NCBI GenBank assembly: GCA_050613775.1
Contig: JBODTK010000016.1
Span: forward strand, 1 to 64,000
Source: Neocallimastix sp. 'constans'
Lineage: Eukaryota
Reading direction: 5' to 3'
DNA: 64,000 nt
Below, piece by piece: positions 1 to 13,463 of this stretch (the stretch's first letter is position 1; every line of letters starts with the position of its first letter). The notes below the pieces were generated by a model. The model saw only the letters and a program-made list of their open reading frames with translations, was not told where the DNA came from and did not search any database. The translations under genes and the position numbers were made by a program.

Positions 1-330
1 TAAATTTTTTAAAAAATGGATAAAATAAGTATCATCGTAACATAAAAATAAATAAATAATAAATGTATTGATGATACGGCCATTGTATAGTTAAAATTTT
101 TTTGTGTAAAAAAATAATGGTCTCTACAATTCAATGATAGTAAAGATAAATAAGTTATTCCTGAAGATCTTCGTAAACTTCCTAATGAAATAATAGAAGT
201 AATTAAAGTTTCACAATATCTAAGAAGAGAAGAATAACTAATGATTGTTTATGATCAAAAACAAATATTGGATATAATGGAAGAAGGAGGAAAAAAAAAA
301 TGAAAGAGAAATTGAACATATTAATGGAAA

Positions 331-362
<32 letters not shown>

Positions 363-384
363 GAAAGAATGATAGCTTATTATT

Positions 385-532
385 TTATATTTAGTTATAT
401 TGAAATAAATAAAATATTATAGTTTTTTTTTTAATTTTAATTAGTTTTATTGAAATATATAAATAAAATATTATAGTTTTTTTTTTTTTTTTTTAATTTT
501 AATTTTAATTAGTTTTATTGAAATATATAAAT

Positions 533-571
<39 letters not shown>

Positions 572-625
572 ATTTTATTAGTTTTATTGAAATATATAAA
601 TAAAATATTATAGTTTTTTTTTTTT
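385..625. repeat. Short imperfect tandem repeat (about 4 copies of TTAGTTTTATTGAAATATATAAATA(AAATATTATAG)-poly(T))
   Basis: Unit recurs near 391, 440, 509 and 577, separated by T-runs of variable length. Confidence 0.7.
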
Positions 626-925
626 TTTTAATAACTTTAAAAAAATTTTTTTTTTTTTTTAATTAATATTACGTCCATTTTTTGATATTGCTATTTATTA
701 TTTATTATAGTTAATATTATGTCCACTCTTTTTTTTTTTTTTTATTATTATTATTATTAATATTTAAAATAATTAATAAACATTAAATATAATATTTATA
801 ATTGTTATAAAAAAACTTTATTTAATAAAAAAAAAAAATTTATTTATAAAAATCAAGTTTTTTTTTTTTTTTTTTTATGGAATTTATTTAAAAATTTTCA
901 TTATCAATCATAAATACAAACTTCC

Positions 926-956
<31 letters not shown>

Positions 957-1470
957 CAAACAAACTAACAAACAAACAAAAAAAAAAGATATTTTTGAGT
1001 TTTTGAATATAAATTTTTTAAGAGGTAATTTAGTAGATAAAAAAAAATTAATTTATAAAAAAAATTTATATAAAAAAAATTAATTTATATATATATAAAA
1101 TGAATCTATGAAAAAAAAAAAAAAATAAAATAAAATTAAAAAATAAAAAATTAACATTTGAAAATTAGTAATCCGAGATAAAATGAAATAAAAAAATATT
1201 ATAAAATAAAATAGAAAACTATATTTATATATAATAATATTATTATAAAATAATAATAATAATAACCATATTAATTATAATTTAAATAAAAATAAAAAGT
1301 TAATAATAATAATAATCATATTATTATTATTAGTTGTATTGTTAAACGAATTGATTTGTGTTTCTCTTTCAACTTTTATTCCTGTTCCTGTTTCTTTTTT
1401 AGATTCTGTTTCTATTTCTATTTTTTTTCTATTTCTAGTTTACTTATTTATTTTTTTTTTTTTTATTTTT

Positions 1471-1511
<41 letters not shown>

Positions 1512-1851
1512 GGTTCTAATTCTATCTTCTTTTTTAAGATTCATTAAATTAATGAATAAATTGATGATAGATTTTTTTTTTGGTTCTATTTCTATTTTCT
1601 ATCTTATGATTCATTAAGGTATTAAATAAATTTATGATATGATTAATTTTTTTTTATTAATACTAAATATTTAATAATACGATTACCATTACTTTGTTTT
1701 TATTTTATTTTTATTTATATTTAACTTTATTTTTTTTATCGTTTCTCTCTTCTATCTTCAGTTACATTCCCTAACAAAAAAAAAAATAAATAAAAATAAA
1801 ATAAAAACAAAGTTAAATATATAAAAAAAAAAAAAATTGAAAATACATATA

Positions 1852-1882
<31 letters not shown>

Positions 1883-3003
1883 GATAGGAGTGGGAGGGAG
1901 AATTTTTTTTCTTTCTCATTAATTTAATTTAAATATTAATAACAAAAATAATTAAAGAAAAAAAAATTTTTTTTTCTATTTTTTTTATTATTATTTTTTA
2001 ATTTTATAATCTTTTATTTATTTATTTATTTATAAAATATATATATATATATTTATATATATATTTATATATAAAGAAAAAGTGTATATCTATTTATATC
2101 TATTTTTTTAATTCAAGAATGTCATATTACTTAGATAAGTAGCATAAAAAGGAAACGAGGGAAGAATTATGAATAAGAAAAAAATTTTTTTTTCTTTTAT
2201 TAACTTAAGAAAAAGTATTAAAAAAAAATTATTTCAAATATATTTAAGTAGAATTAATAGATGATTAAAGAAAATATAATAGTAAAAATAAAAAAAAAAA
2301 AAAAAAAAAAAAAAGAAAAGGAAAAATATATGTTTTTGTGGGGGTGAATAAAATAATAAAATATAAAATATAAAATAATAAAATATAAAATATAAAATAT
2401 AAAATATAAAATATAAAATATATAATATATATATAAATATATATATAAATATATAAAATATATAAAATATAAAATTAAAACACTGGAATAAAATAAAATT
2501 TTTTTTAAAAAAAAATTAAAATAAAAAATAAAAAAAAAATAAAAAATTAAAATAAAATATTTGTGTGGTGTGTGGTGGTTAGGCTTTTTTTTTTTTTTTT
2601 TTTTTTTTATATATTTATTTATTTTAAATTTAATTTTTTTTTTTGGTTTGCATGGAAGGTGGTTAATTTTTTTATTTTTTTTAATATAAAATTTTTTTTT
2701 TAAAAAAAAAAATATAAACTAATTTCTAATTTCTAATAATAATAATAAAAATAAAAATAAAAAAAATTAAACTAATTTATTGTAGTAATAAATAATAAAT
2801 AATAAATTATTTTTTTTATAAAAGTTAAATTTTTATTTTTTTATTTTTTATTTTTTTATTTTATTCCAAAAAAAAAAAAAAAATACTTTAATTTTAATTT
2901 TGTTTTTTTTTTTTTTTTAAATAGAATTTTCTTTTGTTTTTATAATTTATATTAAAAAAAAAAATTTATAATATTGTAAAAAAAAAAAAGATTTTTTTTA
3001 TTG

Positions 3004-3046
<43 letters not shown>

Positions 3047-3446
3047 TTACCTTCTTGATTATATTAAAAAAAAAATTTTTTTTTATCATTATTAGTAATT
3101 TTTTTTTTAATAATATTGTATTGTTTTCGTCTTTTATAATTTATCCTTTATTTTTATTTTTATATTTATTTATTTATTATTATTATTATTATTAATTTTT
3201 TTTTTTTAATTTAATTTTAGGAATTTCTCTTTTTTATTTTTATTTTTTTTTTTTCATTTTAAGATCATTTTTATTTTTATTTTTATTAATTATGAAATTA
3301 ACATGGATTATATTTTATCAATATATAAATTTCATAATATATATATATATTTAAATAATAAAAAAAAAATTTTTTTTCCCTTAAATAGTATGGTATGGTC
3401 AACATTAATTTTTTTTTTTTTTTTTTTGAACTGTTGTATTTTTTTG

Positions 3447-3489
<43 letters not shown>

Positions 3490-3677
3490 TATTTAATTAT
3501 TAATTATTATTATTATTATTATTTGTCTTCTTTATCATCTTCTTTAGTTGTTGCAATAAAAGGGTAATTCCTACTAATACTAAATGACACAAATTAAAAA
3601 AATTTGAATCACATTTATTTCAATTATTCTATTTCTGCTTATTTTTATTTTTATTTTATTTTAATACTTTTACAAAC

Positions 3678-3711
<34 letters not shown>

Positions 3712-4529
3712 TAAAATAAATATTAAATATAAATATTAATAAATAAAAAAAAATATTAAATATATAAATTTATAATAAAAGTATTTTTATATATATTGTA
3801 CATTTTATACTTTTATATTTAATTTAACTTTATATTTATATATATATCTAAATAAAAAAAAAAAAAAAAGAATATATATATATATTAACAAAAATGAAGA
3901 GTAAGGTTACAAAAAAAAAAAAAAAAAAAAAAAAAGTTTATTCTATATACCATTATAACTCTTTCTTTCATTCTTTTATCATTTTTTTTTTTTTTTTTTT
4001 TTATCTTAATTCATTGTATTGTATTTATATTGCTTTAAATATTTATAAATATATGTTACAAAATAATAAAATAAAATAAAAATATTTTTTTTTGATTATA
4101 GGGGTAGGAGGTATATTGCAATAGATAGATTTTATAAAATACTCTACAAGTAAAATAAAAAAAAAAAAAAAAAAAGATAAAAAAATTTTTTTAAAAATAA
4201 AATAAAATAAAATATAAATATAAAATAAAAAATATATATATATATTATTAAATAAAAATTTAAAATATTTAAAAGATTAACAACGAATAAAAACATCAAT
4301 ATTAATAATATATATTTATATAAGAAGATGTTATAAGTTTTTTTTAAGAGATTAAATTTATATTTGCATTAAAAAAAAAAAAAAAAAAGATAATATAAAA
4401 TAATTAAATTAAATAATGCATAATGATAATATTTCCCCCCCTTCTTTCGATTTTTTTCTTTCTTTCCACTTTTTTTTCTTTTTTTCTTTCTTTATTTTAT
4501 TTTTTATTTTTTTTTGTTTTAAGAGAATC

Positions 4530-5421
4530 TTAATTTTCATTAACATAGGTATCTGTTGAAGAGGTGATAGAAGAATGTGTTTCCTTTCTTCTTCTATCTA
4601 TCTCAGTTAATGAATCCATATATCCTGCAGTAATTATACTAGCTGGTAAAGCAATTAAGGCAATACCACATAATGATGATATCATAGCAATGACTCTTCC
4701 TTCTGTTGTGACTGGATAGATATCACCATAACCAACAGTGGTTAGAGAAACTGTGGCCCAATAGACCGCATCAAAAAACGTATCAAACGATTTACTTTCC
4801 ACATTGAATATAACAAGGGCTGAAGTTAATATATAACCAATAGCTAGACTACCGACTGCCATCAAAGGATGCTTTGAAGATTTTATTACCTGTGAAATAA
4901 TATTTATACTATTTGAATATCTAAATGATTTAAATACTTTAACTATCTTGAGTGTTTTTATCATAATGATAATTCTTAGCATTTTAAATTGATCATATAA
5001 AAATGTTATTGAAGGTAAAATAGACATCAAATCTATTATGGCCCATAATGTGAATGGATATAGAATAAAAGATAATACAGGTCCTCTATTTGTTTTATAA
5101 TCAGCAGTAATATATCTTAAGAGATAATCTATGATAAAAAGAGTTGTTGTTACCACATCCGTATATGTAAATAAATCAAAAGGTTTTTTAAATGCCATAG
5201 GTACTAAACTAACCACAATAGAAACTATCATTAATACATCATAGAATAAACTTAAATAATCTCCACTTTCTGATACTTCTATAATTTCAAATAATCTTTT
5301 CCGCCAAATATTTTTTTTCTTATTGATATTAGTTGTTGTTGAATTATTATTCATGTTAATCACTATATTATCCCTGTTATTGGTGCGATTTTTATTATAT
5401 CCATTATTATTGCTACTCCCA

Positions 5422-5465
<44 letters not shown>

Positions 5466-5534
5466 GTTACTGTTATTATTTTTTTTACTTTTCTTTTTAA
5501 AATTATTTTTATTATTATTGTTCTTGTTACCCAT
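4530..5534 (-). CDS. Intronless 6TM potassium channel (Ion_trans/KvAP-like, bacterial type) with Asn/Lys-rich N-terminal extension
   Basis: 334-aa ORF. Pore helix and filter read FDTFFDAVYWATVSLTTVGYGDIYPVT; S3 motif AIIDLMSILP; basic S4-like segment KMLRIIIMIKTLKIVKVFKSFRY; six hydrophobic segments; no introns. Confidence 0.95.
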
Positions 5535-7115
5535 TTTATTCTTTTAATTTGTTAATAATTTTAAATTATTTTTCAAACTTTTTGAAATTATATATAGTAC
5601 AATTAAATTAAATCATAAAAATTATTTATATAAGATTATTGAAAAATAATTATAAATATTACTTTAACTTCTTTGTTTATATATATATTTTTTTTTCATC
5701 GAAATAACAAAACTATAATATATAATAGAATATAAAAATTTTTTCTAACTAAATATTTAGCATTAAAATGTGAAAATCTAGAAAGATTGATAAAATATTA
5801 AAATGCAATTTATATAATAATAAAAACTTTAAAATAATAAATAAAATATTATTATTGTTATTATCAATAAAATTATTAATATTATTATTATTATTACTAT
5901 TATTTTATTTTTTCTATCTTTTCGATTTTATATATATATATATTTTTATGTTATTTTTTATTATATATTTTTTTTCTTATTTATTTTTATATGAGGTATT
6001 AAAAAAAAAATTTTTTTTTTTTTTTCTATATTAATAAATTATAAAACATAAAATAAAATTAAAAAATATAAAAGAAAGATAGAAATATATATAAAATATA
6101 ATAAAATTATGATATAATAAAATAATAAAATTTAGCAATAAATATAATATTATAAAAAAAAATATATATATATATAGAAATGCCCTTTTTTTTTTTTTTT
6201 CCATCATCAATTATTCGAGAACGTCAGGAAAACTTTTATTGAATTTTTTAATTAAACTATTTAAAGTAGCATATATTACCAATCTATTCTATTATATTCC
6301 ATCATACTATATTTTATACTTGATTGCATTTTAAATTAATTTTCATATAATAATAAATATATTAATAGTAATATCAAACATAATTAATTATTGTTATATT
6401 TTTATATTAATTATAATTATTATATTAAAGATTACTTTAATATTATTATATTTAATTATTATTATATTTAACTTTTATATTAAAAATTATAATATTTCAT
6501 ATTATAATATTAAAAATTTATATATTTTATATTATTATATTTTATATTTAATATTAATTATTATATTTCATATTTAATATTATTATATTTTATATTTTAT
6601 ATTATTTTATTTCATATTTATTATTATATTATTAACTACTACCATTGCTATCATTACCGCTACTATTATTACTACTACTCATAGTAATATTAAAACTTAA
6701 ACATTATATAAGGTAGTATTTTATATAAAGTAAAAATAGAGAAATAAGAAATTAAGAAAAAAAGAATTATAAATTGTTAAGTTGGATAAAACAATAATAC
6801 TAGTATATAAAAATTAAATATAAAAATAATATGAAATAATATAAAATAATCTTATACATATTATAACATTATAATATAATTATCGAATATAAAAAATTAC
6901 ATAAAATGAAAGAAGATAAATATTTTAAAGTAAAAAAAATAAAAAAATAAAAAAAAATAAAAAAATAAAAAAATAAAAAAATAAAAAAATAAAAAAAAAA
7001 AAAGAATAAAAAAAATAAAAATAATAATTATTAAAAATTTACTGTTATTTTGAAATTCTATATATTATGAAAAAATAGTAAATAATTTGAATTATTTATT
7101 GTTAATTATTGATGG

Positions 7116-7426
7116 GTGGATTATATTAAACATAGACTTGTACATAATGGGTACCTATCTACCAATATGGCCATGCTGTTATTAATTAACTGTAAGGTGT
7201 TGAGTTATTGGCATATTGTAACAGCTTCACCGCTTTCAATCGTCATTACACATTGCCCGGAGATGACTTCCTAACGTTCCTACATATATCTCCATTGACC
7301 ACGAGCATCAGAACAGAATTATTAACTCCTCCCTAGTGGGTGTAATCATTGGCGATTGGAAATTTTACAATCATCAAGGTCTATGCTTCAATTCAAAGCG
7401 TAGTATCAGTGGATTATATTAAACAT
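7116..7426. mobile_element. 275-bp ~39% GC insert (7134-7408) flanked by a perfect 18-bp direct repeat (putative target-site duplication)
   Basis: GTGGATTATATTAAACAT occurs at 7116-7133 and 7409-7426. Hand count gives 107 G+C in 275 nt, against strongly AT-rich flanks. No recognisable ORF, TIR or poly(A). Confidence 0.6.
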
Positions 7427-7554
7427 TTTTTTTAAAAAAAAAATTTTAATCCACAAAACTTAAATTAAAAATTTTTTTATCTTTTGTTAAGAAAATTAAT
7501 TGAAATGTCATCTATTGTGGAAAACTATATATATTATATATATTGTATCATAAA

Positions 7555-8160
7555 TAATCAATAATCAATAATCAATAATCAATAATCAATAATCAATAAT
7601 CAATAATCAATAATCAATAATCAATAATCAATAATCAATAATAAATGATAAATGATAAATGATAAATAATTGAATGATAAATAATTGAATAATAAATAAT
7701 AAATGATAAATAATTGAATAATAAGTAATAAATGATAAATAATAAATAATAAAATAATAAATAATAAAAAATAAATAATAAATAATAAATAATAAATAAT
7801 AAATAATAAATAATAAATAATAAATAATAAATAATAAATAATAAATAATAAATAATAAATAATAAATAATAAATAATAAATAATAAATAATAAAATAATA
7901 AATAATAAATAATAAATAATAAATGATAAATAATAAATAATAAATAATAAATAATAAATAATAAAATAATAAATAATAAATAATAAAATAATAAATAATA
8001 AATAAATAAATAAATAAATAAAAATAAATAATAAATAATAAATAATTGAATAATAAATAATTGAATAATAAATAATTATAAATGAATAATAAATAATTAA
8101 ATAAATAATTAAATAATAAATAATTGAATAATAAATAATTGAATAATAAAAAAAATAATT
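7555..8160. repeat. Heptamer satellite: (CAATAAT)n grading into degenerate (AATAAAT)n
   Basis: 7-nt periodicity is directly visible and explains the spurious 7621..8166 ORF. Confidence 0.9.
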
Positions 8161-8247
8161 GATCAAAATTAGAATAATTAATAAATTAATTAATAGTATT
8201 TAATTAATAATTAAAATTTAGAAAGTAAAAATAGTACTTTACATTTT

Positions 8248-8628
8248 ATCCTTAGAAATTAAATGACAAATAATTTATATAGAATAATTATATTATTTTT
8301 ATTATTATTATTATTTCATTTAATTCCATTTTCTTTTTTTCATTAATTTTTTTTTTTTTAAAAAAAAAAAACTTTTTTCATCCCAGAAGTTTTAAATATA
8401 CATAAAAATAAAGTAATTAATTTTAATTAAATGAGATCCTTAGAAATTAAATTAAATGACAAATAATTTATACAGAATAATTATATTATTTTTATTATTA
8501 TTATTATTTCATTTAATTTCATTTTCTTTTTTTCATTAATTTTTTTTTTTAAAAAAAAAAAAAACTTTTTTCATCCCAGAATTTTTAAATATACATAAAA
8601 ATAAAGTAATTAATTTTAATTAAATGAG
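8248..8628. repeat. Near-identical ~190-bp tandem duplication downstream of viperin
   Basis: Copies at 8248-8435 and 8436-8628 both run ATCCTTAGAAATTAAAT...CATCCCAGAA...TTAAATGAG. Confidence 0.9.
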
Positions 8629-9079
8629 AGAAGAATTTTTAATTTTTTTTTTTTTTTTTAAAATAAAAAAACTTATTAATATTTAAATAAAAAAAAAATG
8701 TTTTAATAGAATAATTAAAATTTTTATTTTATTTTAGTTTTATTATTTTTTTAAAAATTATTATTATACATTTTTTTTTATTTAAGGATTATATTTATTA
8801 ATTTTCTATTTGATTTTCTTCGTATTATTTATTTATTTATTTATATTTTATTTTATTCGTAACATAATAATAATCTACTAATTTCTATATAAAATTATAA
8901 AAAATTTCAATTTAGTTTTTAATTATTGTGGTATAAATAAAAATAAGGGAAAAATATAATTAAAAATAGATATAATATATATTATATACATCATTTATTT
9001 TTATACAAGATTTCTTTTATATATATTTATACAAAAAAAATTATATATATATATATTTATTTATTATACATATATTTAT

Positions 9080-9992
9080 TTATTTTGAATAGGTAAAGTC
9101 ATTTAGTCTTTTTGGTTTTTGCCATTGATAATAGCCTCCTCTTTTATAAAACATGGTATGATTAAAACCATTTCCTAATTCATTTAATGCTTTCTTAATT
9201 CCTACTTTTAAAACTGAATGTGTTGGCAATTTATTTCCTGTACTGACATCTAATAATCGACCAAATTCATCAACAATCACATATGAATTTTGCATTACTT
9301 CATTGGATTCTTTAACTAAGATTTTCTTTTTTTGGGGTTGAAGTCCTTCTAAATTTCTTTGTACATAACGTTCAAATTCTTTCGGAGTAATTAAAAAATC
9401 TTTGACTTTTTCTCCTCCATTTTCATTCTTAATTTCAAGCACTTGAAAAATCTTCCATCGACAGGGATCTAATTTATTAATGAAATCAGCTAGTATTTCA
9501 TCTTTATTTAATTGTGTAACTACTGTATTTACCTTAAAAGGAATTTGCTGATGATGACATATACTGGAAAGAAGTTCTATCTTTTTTTGTTGTTCTACCG
9601 GTAATTTGAACCTGTTATAGTTTCTACCATGCTTGAAATTTACTTCAGGATTTATACTGTCACAAGATACCCCTAATATATCAAGATACTTTCCATATTT
9701 TTCAAACCATTCCTGTTTAACAATACTACCATTTGTAATAATTGACACAGATTTATAACCAAGATTTTTCGAAGCTCGAACCAATTCACCTAATCTATCT
9801 GAATATAAAAAGGGTTCACCTCCTGCAAAATTAACTTTCTGAGATCCAGCTTCTCTAAATTGACGAAGAATTTCTATTTGATCAAAAAGAGGAAGAAGGT
9901 ATGAATTTTTTTTGGTATGAAAACAAAATTTACATTTATAGTTACATACTCGACTAAAATGAAAATTAATGGCAGGAACTGGGGATTGACTC

Positions 9993-9994
<2 letters not shown>
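9080..9994 (-). CDS. RSAD2: Viperin (RSAD2-family) radical SAM enzyme, predicted ddhNTP synthase; intronless
   Basis: 304 aa. Motifs INFHFSRVCNYKCKFCFH (CxxxCxxC), KVNFAGGEPFL, SIITNGS, LDILGVSCDS, FKVNTVV, RWKIFQVL, SNEVMQNSYVIVDEFGR and FYKRGGYYQW match the viperin family in order. Confidence 0.95.
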
Positions 9995-10026
<32 letters not shown>

Positions 10027-10167
10027 TTTATTTTATTTTTTTTTATTTGTTAACTATTTTGAATTATTTTGAAATTTAAAATAAACAAAATTGTTTAAAT
10101 TATTATTTATAATTTATATAAATATATTATTTTAGAAAATTATTATTATTATTTATTTTATGAATAT

Positions 10168-10211
<44 letters not shown>

Positions 10212-10821
10212 TTTTTTATTTTTTTATTATTATTGTTATTTATTATTATCATTATTATTAATACTACTACTACTATTAATTATTAATTATTAATTATAGA
10301 TAATAATAGTATTATTTCGTTTTATTTATTTACTTTTAGTTTTATCTATTGTTTTTTATTATTATTAAAACAAAAACAAAAACGAAAACAAAATACAAAA
10401 AACAAAGAAAAAAAAAGAAATAAAAATTAAAGAAAAATTCTTTAGTTTTTATATAATTTTTATTTATTTACTTTAAATTTTTGTTTATATTCTTTATTTT
10501 TATTTTTTATTTTTATTTTTATTTATTTGAATTGCCCGTTTTATTTATTTACTTATTTTATTTATTACAATTTATCTATCTTTATGGAATATATATACAA
10601 TAAAATATAAAAATATATATATTTTAATAAATAAAATAAAAAACTAGACATACCTATATAATAAAATTAATTAATTAATTAATTATTTATTTTATTATTA
10701 TTTAAACTTTTTATTATATACATATTTTTAAAAAAAGACATAAAAAAAAAAAATAAAAATAAAAACTGGACAAATAGTTGAATAATTATTAAAATTATTA
10801 AAATTAATAAATAAATAGTAA

Positions 10822-11017
<196 letters not shown>

Positions 11018-11471
11018 TGAACTGTTTTATAAAAAAGTTTTTTTTTTTTTTTTGTTATTATTAGTTAAGGATATTGATACGTCCAATCTGGATTATATAT
11101 ATTTATTTATTAACTAATATATTAACTAATATTGAATAATTGAATTAAAGAAAGGAAAAAAAAAAAACTTTAATTATATTTAAATATAATATATAATAAG
11201 ATAATATATATTATCTAAATTTATTAAAACTTCTTTTTTTCTATTTTTTTTATTATTGATATTATTGATATTATTATTATTTATTATTTATATCATTTAT
11301 TATTAGTATTATTATCATAATAAGAATATAAGTTAATTAGTATTTTTTACCTTTATTTTTTTTATGTTATTTGTTTATTTTTATTTTTATTTTATTTACT
11401 TATTTTTATTTATTTATTAATTAAAATTAAAAATATTTATTTAGTTTAATACATATAAACTTTAAAAATAT

Positions 11472-11514
<43 letters not shown>

Positions 11515-12127
11515 GATATATAAAACATTAATGAATAGAATATTCGATATGAACAAATTATTATTCAATAAATATTTGATTAAATAAAATAAAATAAAAT
11601 AAAAATAAAAAATTTTCATCAAATATAAAAATATAAAAATTTATGGTACATATTTATTAAAACAAAACAAAACAAAACAAAAAAAAAAAAAAAAAAAAAA
11701 AAATAATTAGATAGAATTTGATAATTGGGTAAAATAAAATATATATATATTATATAAAGTAATACGTGTTTATGTTTAGTTATATATATATATAATTATC
11801 ATACATAAAATATAAAATAATTTTAAAATGTCTATTAAACTTTTCTATTTGTTTAAAAAAAAAATTTTTTTATTTTTTTTTTTGTGTGTGACTTTCATCA
11901 TCTTTTCATTATGTCATATGTCATTCATACATCATTTCTTCTTTGTCTTCTTTTTTGTCTTCTTCTTTATCTTTTTTTTTCTTCTTTCTTCTTTAATCTT
12001 CCTCCTCTTTCTTTATTACTTATATTTTTATTACTATTTTTATTTTTCCTTTTATTTATTTTCTTCTTATTTATTTCCTTTTTATGTTATTTATTTATTT
12101 ATTTAACTTTTTTTTTATCAATTTTTT

Positions 12128-12170
<43 letters not shown>

Positions 12171-12175
<5 letters not shown>

Positions 12176-12849
12176 CATTTGCTTCATTTCCATATTTTTC
12201 ATTTAATCTTTCTCTAGTTAATAAACCTTTAACTAGTCTTCGCCAATTACTTAATATTCGTTTTTCTCTTTTCTCCATATATTTCTTAAATTTCTCAAGT
12301 TCAAATTCTTCAAATTTCTATATATATATATATATATATTATTATTATTATTATTATTATTTATTAATTATTTTATTTTATTTTATTTTATTTTATTTTA
12401 TTTTATTTTATTTTATTTTATTTTATTTTATTTTATTTTATTTTATTTTATTTTATTTTATTTTATTTTATTTTATTTTATTTTATTTTATTTTATTTTA
12501 TTTTATTTTATTTTATTATATTATATTATATTATATTATATTTTATTTTATTTTATTTATTTATATATTTATTATTATTATTATTATTATTTTATTTATT
12601 TATTTATTTATTATTATTATTATTATTATTTTATTTTTTTTAAAAAAATAATATACATATATATATATATAAAGTTTTTCTATACTTACACTTAATAGTT
12701 TATCAACATTTTCAGTGGCTACAACAATACCATCAATAATGGGTACACAATGACCAAGTCTAAAATCAAATCCTATTACAGCATTGGCAAAATCAATATT
12801 TAATTTTCTAGCCAAAGGTCCAAGTCCTTGAACTAAATTGAAAGAAATG

Positions 12850-12892
<43 letters not shown>

Positions 12893-13193
12893 AATTTATA
12901 AATAAATAAATAAATAAATATAAATAAATAATAAATATATATAATAAATATAATAAATAATTAATATATATATATATTTATTATTATTATTACTATCACT
13001 TTTATTTTTAAAATTATAATAAATATACATATGTAAGAGTAAAAAGAAAAAAAAATTTTTTTTTTTTTTTTTTTTTATATTTTGAGGTTACTTTGTAAAT
13101 GGGTTCCTCCTTCTGGAAGCATGGATGGTTTAAACATATCAATATTACCAAATTGAGATTTCGGTACAATACCCTATTTTAGTATATAGATAA

Positions 13194-13224
<31 letters not shown>

Positions 13225-13408
13225 TTTTTTTTTTTTAAGAAATTAGTATAGTTAGTGATGTTAGTAAATATATATATATATATATTGTTTTATTATTAAT
13301 AAAAGTTAACATTATTTTTTATTTTAATTACTAATATTACTATATTATTATTATTATTATTATAACTATTATTATATTTTTTATTATTATTATTAGTATT
13401 TTTTTTTA

Positions 13409-13463
<55 letters not shown>

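Noticed and set aside
60..330. Coding-like fragment VIPEDLRKLPNEIIEVIKVSQYLRREE*
   Set aside because: Interrupted by stops, too short and at the window edge; cannot be assigned.
1339..4079. Short plus-strand ORFs rich in F/Y/I/K (1339-1617, 1356-1547, 3001-3195, 3303-3503, 3894-4079)
   Set aside because: They are translations of poly(T), poly(A) and (TAT)n tracts, with no domain signal.
7116..7426. CRISPR-like repeat-spacer-repeat reading of the 18-bp direct repeats
   Set aside because: Only two repeats, a 275-bp spacer, no cas genes and a eukaryotic context; better explained as a target-site duplication or artefact.
7621..8166. 181-aa ORF with IIYYLLF repeats
   Set aside because: Translation of the heptamer satellite.
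11828..12129. Hydrophobic ORFs downstream of RAD4
   Set aside because: Low-complexity T-rich sequence with no recognisable domain or splice context.
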